A stretch of DNA of 64,000 nt, taken from positions 6,633 to 70,632 of the forward strand of contig NW_021835383.1 in assembly GCF_006345805.1 (NCBI RefSeq). The letters are read 5' to 3'. The notes under the pieces are model-generated. The model saw nothing but the letters and a program-made list of their open reading frames with translations, did no database searches and had not been told where the DNA came from. Shown here piece by piece: positions 39,025-54,170 of this stretch. The position numbers and the translations under genes were made by a program. Origin of the DNA: Octopus sinensis (taxonomy: Eukaryota). Each line of letters opens with the position of its first letter. Positions within the stretch are counted from its first letter, which is position 1.

Positions 39025-39182
39025 CGACATGCTTCTTTCAGTTTCCATCTACCAAATCCCCTCACAAGGCTTTGGTTGGCCTAAGGCTATAGTAGAAGAC
39101 AATTGCCCAAGGTGCCACACTGTGGGACTGAACCCAGAACCATGTGATTGGTAAGGAAGCTACTTACCACACACCCACTCCT
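38770..39182 (-). mobile_element. SINE family B
   Basis: gtttcagtcatttgactgcggccatgctggagcaccgcc...gctacttaccacacacccactcct. Confidence 0.9.
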
Positions 39183-40599
39183 ATTCACATCAGAATAAAT
39201 CACTACAATTAGGCCAGCAACAACAACAACGATGACAACAACAACAACACCAACAACAACAACGAGAATAACAATAACAGCAACTAAAATTTAACGACTA
39301 TGTTTACACAGCAACACCAACGAAAACAATCATACTATGGTGGGTTCGACAAGATGAAGCCAGGAAAATTAAACATTGATTATTAATTTTTGAAAAATTA
39401 ATTAATTAACGCCTTGGTTGATTTTAAAAACACTTGCCTTCTTCATCAGTCGTACGAATTTGTCTGATTTTACAGCATTGTTTATCTTGTCTCGTATTAA
39501 TATCAGCTTTGGCGCTTCTTAAATTTCATCAGCTATTGCCATGGTGATGATGGTGATGATGGTGATGATGATGATGATGATGATGATGATTATCATCATT
39601 ATCATCACCATCAACACCGCCATTACTATCACCTTAACCACCTACTCCTCTACGATTACTGCCACCACCACCACCACCATCACCACCACTACCACCACCA
39701 CCACCACCACCACCACCGCCGCCGCCGCCGCCGCCAACATCTCCACTACCACAACCGCCACCACCATGTTGGCGACAAAGACGATGACGAAGACGGACGA
39801 CTACTATCACCACGACCATAATCCTCCCCCTCCTCCTCATCATCACCATCATCACCATAATTGTCATCATCATCATCATCATCATCCCTTCAAAAGAGGT
39901 TCTAGATTTGGGAAATACGCCCTCTACACACAAATCTTCACTCATTATATAATATATATATATGTGTGTGTGTGTGTGTGCGTGTGTTTGTGAGTGTGTG
40001 TATGTGTGTGCGCGCGTATATATATACATGCACACACATATTTATACGCACATACATAAATACACAAACACACGTGCGCGCACACAAACACATACACACA
40101 CACACACACATATATATATATATGTATATATACATACATATATATGTTTATAAGCATACATATATTCATATACACACGACACACACATACACATACACAC
40201 ACCCACGTATATACACACAGACATGCAGACAGGAAATCAGACAAACAGACAGAAGCAAATACACAATTTTAATATGAGTGAGATATATATTTATCGCTGT
40301 CTTTCGATTGCGATTGTTTTAAAATACCTGTTTCCTTTCCTTCGGCAAATAATTGGTATATCGCTGAATTTGTCAATGTTATTTGAATTTCTGTCGAGCT
40401 AAGGAATGACAGAATTAATCCGCTCCAGCACACTCCCACCCCGATATTACCAACTAGCAACCTCCACTATCACCATCATCATCATCATCATCAACATCAG
40501 CGATCCCACTATTGATTCTCTAACTTTTAACTTCACGGAGGTTACACAGCACAAAACCAACACTAACAACGACAACGATATATAACGTATTTATGTAGG

Positions 40600-40633
<34 letters not shown>

Positions 40634-40714
40634 TGTATGTATGTATGTATGTATGTATGTATGTATGTATGTATGTATGTATGTGTGTATGCATGCATGT
40701 ATGTATGTGTGTCA

Positions 40715-41210
<496 letters not shown>

Positions 41211-41899
41211 CAAGGATAGAAGGACGTTTACAGCACCTAGGTTTTCTCAGGCGGTCACCTGTCTAAATAAATTATTCAGTTTATTTCAAGATACCTTTCT
41301 AATAGAGAAAGGACCGGTTTCTAACCTAGATCCAAGGCTCCTTTATCGGAATTTCAATATCAACAACAGGGTATTTTTGTTTGTATGCATGCATGTATGC
41401 ACGTATGTATGTATGTATGTATATATTTCTGTATGTATGTATGTATTATGTATGTATGTATGTATGTATGTATGTATGTATGTATGTATGTGTGTATGTA
41501 TGTGCAGATTTGTATGTTTTATGTATGTATTCTCATTCATATAGTTGTATATCTAGACATGTCCATATATATTTTAAATTATAAGCTTCTGGAACGTTTT
41601 ATAGATTTTTACAGTTCCAGTGATGGATTGGATCTGTATGCATGTATGTATGTATGTATGTATGTATGTATGATGTATGTATGTATGTATGTATGTCACT
41701 TTCGAGTATTACTGGTAACATGTAACCCAGTACAACCTGTTGCATGGTTGGGTCGTTGGCGACTAAACCGGCAACCCCACCAAGCTGGCTTGGTGAGGTT
41801 TACATGTAATGGTTTAATGAATGACCAAACTTAGTTGGTTTCGAACGTTTTTATTTCTGGAGAGAATCTTCTGTAATTTGTTTATATTCATATGTTAAA

Positions 41900-43313
41900 G
41901 ATACTTTTTAATCCACATCATTAACTTTTTGTTAAATTATTGTTGTTATTTCCATTCAGAAGAGGTTTGAACATTCTAACAAAACGTTTTTCTTTTATCT
42001 TTCTTCCAACCTCGCTTCTGTTATGTAGGTTGTGGAAAAGATAAATCAGAAGCATTTTCTGACCACATGTTCTATATGTTCACCTAATGGAATTTGGCGT
42101 ACATTAGTATTCCGGATTTGTTGTCAGTGGACTGGTGAGCGTTCCGATAATGCATTCCCTGTCTCTCCAACATATAGTTCCTCGCAAAAGGTCACTCTAC
42201 CAAAATTCAATTGTCCGTGACGAAATATACTCCTCCGGTATGATTTTACCCACGTCTACAGATTTCATATTTTTTTCCGTCCACATGATTTTGGAGACTG
42301 AAGAATAAATGATAATCAGATAATAATCATAATCAGGGTAATGTCCATCGAATATGGTGGGTGGAGTATCGTTTCCCATTCAAACTGTTCCAGCTTTTGG
42401 AATGTCATCCTCGGTATATGTGGCCAAGCCTCATCCTGATGGAAGAGAACCTTTAGTCTTGAAACCAAAGATGGTCGTTTTCCTTCTATCTCTGACTTAA
42501 TCTGCTCAAGCTGCTTGCAGTAGATCTCCTTTGTTATTATTTGGTTTGGGTTTCAAAGTGGACTAAACATTCCATATTCCACCAAATTGATAACAGTACC
42601 TTACGTGGGTGAAGGCCTTCTTTAGCCTGGCGTTTCTCCTTTCCCTACCCATTGTCTTCGGCGCTTGACATTTTTATAGAGAACCCATTTCTCGCGACCA
42701 GTCACTATTCAGCCCAAAAGGAAGGGTTCATTCGTGAGACGTGACAACAAAGAAAAGCGCGATTGGATTCGGAAAGTTTGCGAGTAATCCATCGACCCAA
42801 TTTTCTGACTTTTCGTATGACACGCAGGTGTCTATGAATGGTTGAATGACCAAACTTCTCTGTTAGTTCCTTAACAGTTACGACGGGTTTTTACGCCGCC
42901 AGGGTTTGCAGGATGACCTCGTCGAGCTCTACAGATCATCCAGGACGAGACCAATCTTCTAGGCTCTAGTTTACGGCTCGGAATTTCTGGATCCACCGTT
43001 GACCCTGACTTACGCTTATTGTTCGGTCCGCATATACTGCATTAATATTCCTCGCAACTTCCGTTGTGTTGTTGCCTTTATTGAACTCATAAAGTAAAAT
43101 ATACCAAATATGCTCCTTTGTCACTTCCGGTATAGCTTTGAAAATGTAACTGTTAAAATCGAACTGCACTCTTCAAAACTTGCTCTAAGAATAAGGACAG
43201 GGTAAAATTACTACCTGCGTTTATAACAAATGGATGCAGGTAGTTTATCCCGTACGACTGCGACTTTTAGTTCATGCAATATAGAAAAACCGCATTATTT
43301 ATGGGATGGCCCT
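41900..43313 (-). mobile_element. Heavily decayed mariner transposon, one TIR visible
   Basis: EVTKEHIWYILLYEFNKGNNTTEVARNINAVY..QRWIQKFR; VTGREKWVLYKNVKRRRQW; terminal ccgcattatttatgggatggccc-TA. Confidence 0.8.
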
Positions 43314-44321
43314 ATATATACTATATATATATATATAATATATATATATATATATACATACATGCATGAACGTAAGCGGCGTGGCCGAAGAAAATGAGAG
43401 AGAAATGAAGGGAAGAGAAAAATGAAGAACAAGAAAATAAAAAGGAAAGACGAAAACAAAGAGGGAAAGTGAGCAGTGAAGGAGAGGGCGAAGAGGAGGA
43501 GGAAAAGGAAGAGGAAAAGGAAAAGGAAGAACGGTAGGAAAACGTCATCTTGGAAAATTTGGTGATAAATTACTGAACGTCGTTTCCTCCCGATAGGAAA
43601 TGAAGTCTGAAACAAAACTCCTTCCTTTTGATTGGCATCCAGTTTGTCATATCGATACAGCACTGATTGTATAACATAAGCACGGCATATCAACAATAGC
43701 AGCAGCAGCAGCAGCAGTAGTAGTGGTAGTAGTAGTAGTGGTTGTATTTCAAGCAGTGGTTGTGGTGGTGGTGGTGGTGGTGGTGGTTGGTGGTTAATGC
43801 GTGATTTTTCAATGGAGACGTAAAACAGAAGACGACAGAAGCTGTAAATCATTTTATGGATATTCTATGAATGTATGTGCGTGCGTGCCTGCGTGCGTGT
43901 ATGTGCGTGCGTGCGTGTGTGTGTGTGATTGTGTTTGTGTATGTAAGTGTGTATGCGTGCATATGTACGTATGCATGTATTAATGTTATATATATATATA
44001 TATATATATGTATTTGTGAGTGTGTGCATATACATATTGCATATATATATACACTTATAAGATATGTATAATATATCATATATATACATATACATACATA
44101 CATACATACATACATGTATATATATTATTATTATATATATAATATATAAATATATGTATTTTTGTGTGTGTATGTTTATGTCTTGTTATGTATATATTTA
44201 TGCATATAGCTATATGTATGTGTGCGAAATGTGTGAAGATATATATATATGTGTATGTATATGAATATATATGAAATATATAATGTATAATACGCATGTA
44301 TGTATATACTTACATACAGGC

Positions 44322-44352
<31 letters not shown>

Positions 44353-45025
44353 GATACTACACGCATGTGTGTGTACATTCCATTGGCTTTCGTCGCCATA
44401 TCAGATCCAGTGTATCATAATTTATGAGTCTATCTCTGCCATGTCTCATTCTATATATTGCTTCGTGGTAATATCTGCGACATATAGAAGGCTGGATATC
44501 AAGTTCAATTCTCATTAGCATTCGGAGGTGTTAATATATATTAGAAAGCGTAGTATATTAGGCAGTGTTTGTTGTCATTGTCGACGGTGATGGTCGTGGT
44601 GGGAGGCGAGACTGAGATTGAGAGAGTGAATGAGAGAGAGAGAGAGAGAATTAGTGAGAGGTAATGAGAAAGAGCGATAGGGGTGTTGTTGGGGTGCGTG
44701 GGTGTGTGGACAGATTTAATCAATTTATCTGTGGCCAACAGCCAAGATGTAACAAGGTCTATCATTTTGTGGTCGAGATTAAAGATTTATGAAATGGTGT
44801 AAAGCTGTATGTGACTGTGTGTGTGTGTACGTGGGTGTATGTATGTGTATGTGTGTGTGTGCGTGCGTATAAAACACTGAAGTACACTTACGTTCCTGCA
44901 CACGCTAACACAAACACATATACACACACATATTTATTTATATATACACACACATATATATATATATATTAATAAAGAACACGTACGTGTGTGCGTGTAT
45001 GTATATGTATATATATAACTATGTG

Positions 45026-45064
<39 letters not shown>

Positions 45065-45166
45065 GATGACAACATTCCATCTAGTTTTATGGACACACAT
45101 CCTACAAGCATATATACATACATACAAATACATACATATACACAAACATACATAATACATACATAC

Positions 45167-45199
<33 letters not shown>

Positions 45200-45632
45200 T
45201 ATGATATTATATATGTACATGCATACATATATATATATGTATGGATGTTTGTATTCATATTTAGTAGATATGTCCATGCATACATACATTCATATATATA
45301 CACACATACATATATACATATGTATATAAGTGTATATGTGTATATGTAATCTCCCTTTCTGTGTGTATATATACATATATATTTATACCTATATCTACCT
45401 GTATCTATGAATATATAATACGTACACATACATACAATCATGTGTGTGTGTGTGTGTGTGTTTGTGATAGACAGAGAGAGAGAGACAGAGAGGTCATACC
45501 TGTATACAGAGGAAATGGGTTGCAGGGAAATATAGAGAGTGAAAAGAGCAAGTGTCAGAAAGGAGACGGGGTGGAGGAAAGGTAGGAAAAAGAAATGTAA
45601 GAGTGACGAATTGAGATGCCGAAAATAGTGGA

Positions 45633-45655
45633 AATAATAATAATAATAATAATAA

Positions 45656-45726
<71 letters not shown>

Positions 45727-45735
45727 ATGATAATG

Positions 45736-45785
<50 letters not shown>

Positions 45786-45920
45786 TATAATAATAATAAT
45801 AACAATAATAATGAATAATAATAATATAATGATAATAATAATAATAATAATAATTAATGATGATGATGATGATGATGATGATGATAATAATAATAATAAT
45901 ATATATAATAATAATAATTA

Positions 45921-45963
<43 letters not shown>

Positions 45964-45975
45964 GATAATAATAAA
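45633..45975. repeat. (TAA)n/(TGA)n microsatellite
   Basis: Seen directly. Confidence 0.95.
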
Positions 45976-46239
45976 TAAAGAGACGTAGAAGAATCAGAAA
46001 AGAATTAACAGAAATAGTTTACTTCAGGTAAAGAATTGGGAGAGTTATAATAGAGCGCTGGATAGAATACCTTGCGGCAACCCTCTCCGGGTTTCTTTGC
46101 CCTGAGTTCATATAACGCTGATATTCAATTTCGTCTTTCATCCTTTAGGGGTTCCTTCAATAAAATAACCAGGCAAGTACAGGCAGCCATACTTCTTCCT
46201 TTCCTCCTCTCTATTTCTTTATCCTCTCTCTCCCACTCA

Positions 46240-46345
<106 letters not shown>

Positions 46346-46716
46346 GTCTGATTCATGGCATCATGTAAAAAAAATTACCAGAAGGATGTCAACTATTTCC
46401 ACCATTCTGGGGCCTTTCATTTCGTATTTCCGGCTTACTTTTTTTTATTTCAATTTTATCTTATTGCCTCTTTCCTTCATTTCTATTTCCCCATATCTTT
46501 TCCCCCTCTTCTCTTTGTGTACACATCCATATAATATGTATACATGCATACATAAATTTTTATATATATATATGTATTTGTATGCGTGTATGTTCGAATA
46601 TGTGTGTGTATATTATATATTAATATTTATTCATAAAATACATATACGTGTATACCTGTAAACACACAAATATACATACATACAGAACATGCTTATATAT
46701 TATATATATTTATATA

Positions 46717-46766
<50 letters not shown>

Positions 46767-46815
46767 ATTAAGCATGTGTCTATGTATGTATATTTGTGTG
46801 TTATAGGTATACACG

Positions 46816-46862
<47 letters not shown>

Positions 46863-46869
46863 TATATGT

Positions 46870-46914
<45 letters not shown>

Positions 46915-47350
46915 TATATATAGATATATATATATACATATATATATATTTACATATATATATATATGGATATACATGTGACTACGTATGTATGTATATT
47001 TTTCCCGCGAAAATTCCCTGACAGGCAGATAGCACTTGTCATAAACGTCATCGACCCAATGGCGCGAAAGCAGAAACGAAGCAATTGTTTATTAGTCCCA
47101 AGGGCATCTCAAAAGAATGATCGGGCAAAAAACCGAGGATAGGAGTGAAATCGATAATAATATCCGACACCTAATATTTAGACGTATTTATCTTATTGAT
47201 TCCAAGGTGGCTGGAGGATTAAAATTTAACCGAATTCTTTGAGGATTAGAACGCGAAAATACAGCTAAGCATATAATCTAATGCTGAGTTGGTTTTGCCT
47301 TTCCACCAACAGAGCCACTTGAGCTGCAATGAAGTAGGGACGATTGGAAA

Positions 47351-47406
<56 letters not shown>

Positions 47407-47537
47407 ATCTATCCTCTCAGTGTGTGTGTCTACTGGCCTGTCAGACAGATAGATAGATAGATAGATAGATACACATGAACGTATATACATGTATGGTTAT
47501 ACATACATTCACACAAAACGCTCACACACACACACAC

Positions 47538-47588
<51 letters not shown>

Positions 47589-47595
47589 TATCATG

Positions 47596-47630
<35 letters not shown>

Positions 47631-47789
47631 CGATAGAGAGGGGAGAGTAGGGAGAAAGATTTGTGAAACAATGGATTTTCATGAAAACGTGTACGCTAAA
47701 CATATAGTCAGATTGTAGATCGTGAGACAAATAGAAACGCCGATGTGCAGACAGGCAGACAGGAAGCTCACTAGCCAGATGGATATATA

Positions 47790-48490
47790 ACAATGTGGGC
47801 GGATAGATAGATAGATAGATACATAGATAGATGAATAGATATATAGATGAACAGACAGATGATTGATAGATAGATAGATAGATAGATAGATTGATAGATA
47901 AGTTTCTTTATTGGCCAAAAGGGCTGCACACAGATGGGACAAGTTACAAGGTAGAGCTTTTCTTTTGGGGGATGAAAAAAACAAAAAACAAAAGAAACAA
48001 AAAAAGGGGTGGCGTAGGTTTTCGATCAAGAGGGATCGTAAAAGGGAAGAAAAGAACAAAAAAAATAAAAATAAAAAAAAGATAGATAGATAGATACATA
48101 CATACATACATACATACATACATACGTACATACATACATAAACAGAGAAATTGAGTGATGTTTTATTAGATTGATAAAGATAGATATGCAGATAGACAGA
48201 TATCTAGTTTGCTAAATGGATGTATAGATTGATAACTTAATAGATAAGTTGATATTCAGTTAGATAGTTAGATGGATGGATAGATAGCTGGATAGATTGA
48301 TAGATAGATAAATAGATAGACAGATAGTCACATAAATAGAAAGATAGATAGATAGCTAGATAAATAGATAGATGGATAGAAGGATAGATATGTAGCTAGA
48401 TATACATACAGTTTGCTAGCTAGCTAACTGGATGGAAGGGTAGATAACCGAATCGATAGATGGATATGTAGATAGACATATAGTTAGATA
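47790..48490. repeat. Degenerate (GATA)n tracts
   Basis: Seen directly. Confidence 0.85.
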
Positions 48491-49239
48491 GACGGGAAGA
48501 GAGATAGACTTTAAGAAACTCAATGAACAATAAAAGGAAAAATAAAAAGAATGGAATTGAAAGTAGAAAGAAGAAACGCAAAAAACAAATGAACAGAAAA
48601 TGACAAAATGAAAGCAAAATCGACTGAGAAAGAGACAAGTGAAAGAAAGAGTCAGCGAAAGAGAGGGATTGAGATAGAGAGAAGTCATGTGTGTGTATGT
48701 GTGTGAAAGAAAGAGAGAGGGGTGGGGGTGGAGGAAGGGTGGAGAGGAAAGGTGAGAGTGAGAGGTATTGAATGAATGTGGCAAGCACTGCAAAGAAACA
48801 AGTTTATATGTTAACATGAACGACAAACATTTGCTTGAAAGAAATAAAAAAAAGAACAACAGCAACAACAACAATAACAAGAAAACAAAAAACAAGCGAG
48901 CAAAAAAAACAACAACAACAAAATCAACACGAAAAACTACAACAGCAACAACAACAACAACAATAAAAGTTATAAAAACTCTAAAAGACTAACAGGAAAG
49001 AAGAAGAAGAAGAACAAAAAAATCCCTCCAAAAAGGTGAAGAAACATAAATGGAAAGAAGGAAAAAGCGTGCTGTTGGAACATCCAAGAATTTGCGTGCA
49101 AATATAAGAGTTGAAGAAGAACATGGAATCTTCTATCTTGGTTTATTGACTATTTTGGATGTCTGTGGTTCCATGAATGTCAACCTCAAGTTTGATTTTC
49201 ATTTTGATTTTTGATTCACTGAAAAATGGTTACATTCGA

Positions 49240-49740
49240 TGGATGGCTGGGTGGTTGGCTGGTTGGTCGGTTGGATGGTTGGGTGGATGGTTGGTTCGTT
49301 GGATGGTTTGATGGTTTGATGGCTGTGTGGTTGGTTGGTTGGTAGGTTGGCTGGTTGACTGGTTGGCAGGTTGGCTGGCTGGTTAGTTGGTTGGTTGGTG
49401 GTTGGTTGGTTGGTTGGTTGGTTTGATGGTTTGATGTCTGTATGGCTGGCTGGTTGGCTGGTTGGTTGGCTGGCTCGTTGGTTAGAGCAGTTGGCTGGCT
49501 GGTTGACTGGTTGGTTGATTGGCTGATTGGCTGGTTGGCTGGTTGGTTAGGGCAGTTTGTTGGCTGCTCGGCTGGTTCGTTGGTTGGCTGGTTGGCCTGT
49601 TCATTGGTTGACTGGTTGGCTGGCTGGCTAGTTGTGTGGTGGGTGGGTGGATTGCTTGTTTTGTATTAGGCTGGTTGCTTGATTGGTTGATTGGTAGATT
49701 CATATGTTGGGTGGGTGAGTGATTGGCTTGCTGGATAGTT
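49240..49740. repeat. Degenerate (GGTT/GGCT)n tetranucleotide array
   Basis: Seen directly. Confidence 0.92.
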
Positions 49741-49799
49741 ACTTAGCTGGATTGGTAGTTCCTTGCATTGTTGTCAGTTGACTTATTAATTGTTTAAAT

Positions 49800-50293
49800 C
49801 AGTGCTTCTCAACCATTCCCCCCATGGACCCCTTGGTTCTTATTTTACTCAGGTGGACCCTCATAGCCATTTAATGTTTCAAAAATTTTATAGAGGGCGT
49901 TCAAAAAGTCTCTCCGCATTAAGTATTTTATTGCAAAATAAATATTTATAAAATGGTATGAGACTACAAAAGAATATATCAGTCTTTACAAGACTTAAAA
50001 AAAAACAACTTTATAAGAGGTGTTGAAAGTGTCGTCCTTCATTTTCAAAACATAAGTTGACTTCTACACATGTTTTGAAATACGTCTTGGAGAAAAAAAT
50101 CAACTGCGGAGAGACTTCTTGAACACTCTGTATTTTTAGAATTAAATATTATCAGGATTTGTACAAAAAGATTGTTAAAATATTTTGTGTATAGCAAAAG
50201 TATAACCAATTTATTACACATTAATTTTTACCAACAAAATTTTATATGGACCCCATCCCCAAGGGCTATATGGGCCACGATTGAGAACCACAG
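49800..50293. mobile_element. hAT-like MITE
   Basis: Termini cagtgcttctcaa / ttgagaaccacag; TSD not recoverable. Confidence 0.65.
49893..50130. mobile_element. Tc1/mariner-type MITE nested in the hAT-like MITE
   Basis: TA-gagggcgttcaaaaagtctctccgca ... tgcggagagacttcttgaacactctg-TA. Confidence 0.75.
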
Positions 50294-51166
50294 GCCTATT
50301 TAACAGCTTAGTTGTTAGGCTGGGTGGGCGGTTGATATATTGGTTCAGTATCTAGTCGAGTGGAACGTTGGCGGATTGGTTGGTTGGGCGGTTGTTTGGC
50401 TGTTAGTTATCGGCCAACCAGATGGCGTTGCCCTTGAATAAATGCTTTTTAGAAAACGTTCGGATTAAATGATGACGGTTGGAGGAATCGGATTATCATT
50501 TGTCATATTTAGGTTTCATAAGAAATCACTTGAAAACTAACACATATACACAAAAACGTGCACGTTCATGTATATATATAAAATAAATAATATATATAAT
50601 ATAAATAATATAAATATATACATATATACATACATATATGTATATACTTACATATATGTGTATATATACATGCATATATGAGTACAGGACGTCAAAAAAA
50701 AAAAAACGTTGATTACAATGAGAAACGAAAACATAGAAACAAAAACATAGATAACGAACTTTATTTCGAACAACGAAAGAAAAAGACAAACAGTGAAACG
50801 AGACATGCAACATGTTGTCCCTGTTTCATCTACTCCGCGTTACGAAAGCAAGGACAATATGCGACTTCATTGAAACAGTCTTTCCCGCAAAGCAAATTAA
50901 ATAAAATTTGGGAGAGAGAGGAGGAAGAAAGAGAAAGAGAGAAAGAGAGAGAGACCATTGCCTCTTAAGATTGTAAAGTTTTGAAAAAGAAGCTTTAAAT
51001 GTTGCCTTATTAAGTAAGAGACTATATGTGTGTATGTATGTGGAGTGAGTGTATTTGCGTGTGTGGGGGCTCACGCATCTGTGTGTGCATGTGTATGCAT
51101 AGAATGTATGTATACATGCATATATATAAGACGGGCTCTTATACACACACTCACACACACACACAT

Positions 51167-51209
<43 letters not shown>

Positions 51210-52362
51210 TGACTCCACCATTATGACTGATGTTCGATGATTTACGTTTTCCTAACTTAGCGGTTCAAGAAAAGGAAACTATAGAATAAGCACAACACTT
51301 AAAATTGAGGAAGTACTAGGGTCGGTTACTTGACTCGTCTCTTCAAGGCACTGCACCAGCATGGCCGCAATCCAATGACTTGCAAAAGTAGACTGGTTTT
51401 TTTAATTTTGTTTTGTGTCTTTAATATCTACCTCGCTACTAATAAAAACAAAGTCGACTCGGACTGTATTTGAACTCAGAAAGGAGAAAGCGGGCTCTAA
51501 TTTGTTAGTGCAAAAGCATTATGTCAATATAATCTATTCTTTTCTTCTATTTTCTCTATCACTCCAAACTCTCCCCTTACTATAAATATCGGTTATAAAT
51601 ATTAGGATCATTTGACCTGACCCAGTGGCCTTGGTTTAGAAAGACGAAAAATAGAGAATTGATTAAGTTAAAGACAATTAATTTAGAATGCAGGATGGAT
51701 AATCAATTAATTAAACATTTAATTAAATAATTAATTCATAAGCTAAGATTGTTCAAAGAATATGATTGTTCAAGAATGTGTCTAATTAATATGTTATTTT
51801 TAGGCGCAAAATCCGCATATTTTAAAGAACTACGGGAAACGGTGAGGTTTTACGTTCATATATTCCCCAAGAATGTTGGCGATTTAAATTATATGAATTC
51901 GCCCCGGTAGAGGATCGATACTGCATCGCTGACTAGGTTCGAGGCGAGATTAAATGCTTGCTGTTATAGTCGTTGTTGATGTTGAATGTTTAGCGGCAGC
52001 TCAGCTCTGACTGAGTAGTTCCTATGATCAAAATCCGCCGCCAGTTTAATCAATAGAAAATCTCAACCGGTGAGAGGTTTTCAACAAAAACAACAACTCC
52101 GGATCACACAACTGGGCGAGGTTTCCAATCTGATGATAACTTCTTCTCACCAGGAACAAAAGAATGGATTATGAGCGCGAACGTATCCTCTTTGACTGTA
52201 CTGTTAAAAAAGTGCTCAACCCAATACATACATTCTTCACTTGAGGAAGATTTTGTTGCTATTTCTATCAGTTTGAATGTCTATCTAAAGTGCAATTCGT
52301 TGGCTCGTAATTGAAGTAATTGCTTAACTGTTACCGTTGCGTTTGTAGAATATATCAACAGC

Positions 52363-52779
52363 GGCGAGCTGGCAGAATCGTTAGCACGCCGGGCGAAATG
52401 CTTAGCGGTATTTCGTCTGCCGTTACGTTCTGAGTTCAAATTCCGCCGAGGTCGACTTTGCCTTTCATCCTTTCGGGGTCGATAAATTAAGTACCAGTTG
52501 CGCACTGGGGTCGATGTAATCGACTTAATCCGTTGTCTATCCTTGTTTGTCCCCTCTGTGTTTAGCCCCTTGTGGGTAATAAAGAAATAGAAATAGGTAT
52601 TTCGTCTGCCGTTACGTTCTGAGTTCAAATTCCACCGAAGTCGATTTTGCATTTCATCCTTTCGGGGTCGATAAATTAAGTACCAGTTGCGCACGGGGGT
52701 CGATGTAATCGACTTAATCCGTTTCTCTATCCTTGTTTGTCCCCTCTGTGTTTAGTCCTTTGTGGGTAGTAAATAAATA
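52363..52779 (+). mobile_element. SINE family A: full copy plus tandem 5'-truncated copy within one 16-bp TSD
   Basis: agaatatatcaa(c/t)agc at 52347-52362 and 52780-52795; junction aaata|ggtatttcgtctg at ~52596. Confidence 0.92.
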
Positions 52780-53146
52780 AGAATATATCAATAGCCGAGG
52801 TAATTTCCAAAATTTTAACAAAAATAGGAGTGAATGTATTCTACTGCTTCTTAAATGTCTCAGATACTACAGACAATAGCGAAAAGTCTTGTGTTAGTAA
52901 CCGCTATTGAGTCCGAAGTACGTGTGCAGAACGGTCCTTTTATCGCCAGAATATAAGCTTGCTTCTTTTTCTTTAATGGCACATCAAGTTTGGAGAATTC
53001 CTAAGTCATGAGATGATCTGAGATTATCACCCATTCACAAATGACGCTAGTTGTAATTGCCATTTGACAATTATGATGCATTGTGTAGTACCAGAGATAA
53101 TATTTTATTACACCATGAATTTGCTTTGTTTTTTTGTTGTATTTTG

Positions 53147-53335
53147 TGTTGTCAGTATCTATATACATAAAACTGAGAATGTGTGGCTGTCTGTAGGTGT
53201 GCATCACTAAAACTCGAGAACTACCCAACGGAGTTCATTCAAATTTATACATACCTTACTTAGAGTCCATGCAGTGCCACGGGCCCCAAAAATTTCAAAT
53301 TCTTGGCTAATGCGAGCCCGGAGCGATCTCTTATC
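53147..53335 (-). mobile_element. DINE-1/HINE-like (Helentron-associated) non-autonomous element, decayed
   Basis: atctatatacataaaactgagaatgtgtggctgtctg at one end and gcgagcccggagcga at the other; same layout as 54171-54547. Confidence 0.5.
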
Positions 53336-53739
53336 TCTTACACTGTTTCTGTATTACGTGTCAAAAGTGAAACAATAACATCTCTGATAATATTTTCACT
53401 ATTATATGGTTTCAATTTCAATTATACTTTCATCATGTATCTATCTATATATATATATATATATTTAAGTATGAATATATATATATTGTGTGTGTGTGTA
53501 TATATATATATATATGTATGTATATTTATGTATATATATGTATGCATATGTATATATATATGTGTGTGTGTGTGGTATACATGTGTACAAAGAAGTGTCG
53601 TATATATATGTATATATTTGTGTGTGTGTGTTTGTACCCCCACCATTGCTTGACAACCGATGTTGCTGTGTTTACGTTCCCATAACTGTCGTGTATGCGC
53701 ACACATGCATATATGCATTCATGCATGATGTCGCAACTC

Positions 53740-53940
53740 AAATTGCGACGTCACTGGTGCTCAACTGTATCGGCCTTTGCATTTCCCTTGGATAACACTG
53801 GTGGCGTGGAGAGGGAAGGCTGGTATGCATGGGCGACTGCTGGCTTTCCATAATCACCTTGTCCGGAATTGTGACTCGGAGGGGAACTTTTTAGGTACAA
53901 TCCCATGGTCACTCAATTACCAGAAGGAATCTTTACCTTT
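53740..53940 (+). mobile_element. 3' part of the SINE seen at 17800-18142
   Basis: cactggtgc...atcggcctttgcatttcccttggataac...caatcccatggtca. Confidence 0.7.
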
Positions 53941-54170
53941 TTATATAAAACATAAACATACATATACATATACATAAATAGATGTCCGTGTATTTGTATA
54001 TATATGCATATTGGGGTCTGTATATTAGAGTTACCCAAAGTATGGTATATCTAATTCATTATAGTGCCTTGATAACCGGAATTACTTTTCCCGTTTATGA
54101 ATGCAATGTTTCTGTATTATAAAAGCAATTTTCTGGAGTTTCTTCTCGGTTTATGACATCCGCTTATTGT

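Noticed and set aside
39541-39900. His/Thr/Ala-rich ORF resembling a transcription-factor low-complexity region
   Set aside because: A mosaic of (GAT)n, (CAC)n, (GCC)n and (CAT)n repeats that continues in frame into (TG)n.
52125-52145. CTGATGA heptamer as an HHR core (also the minus-strand hit near 39445)
   Set aside because: No downstream GAAA or stems could be built.
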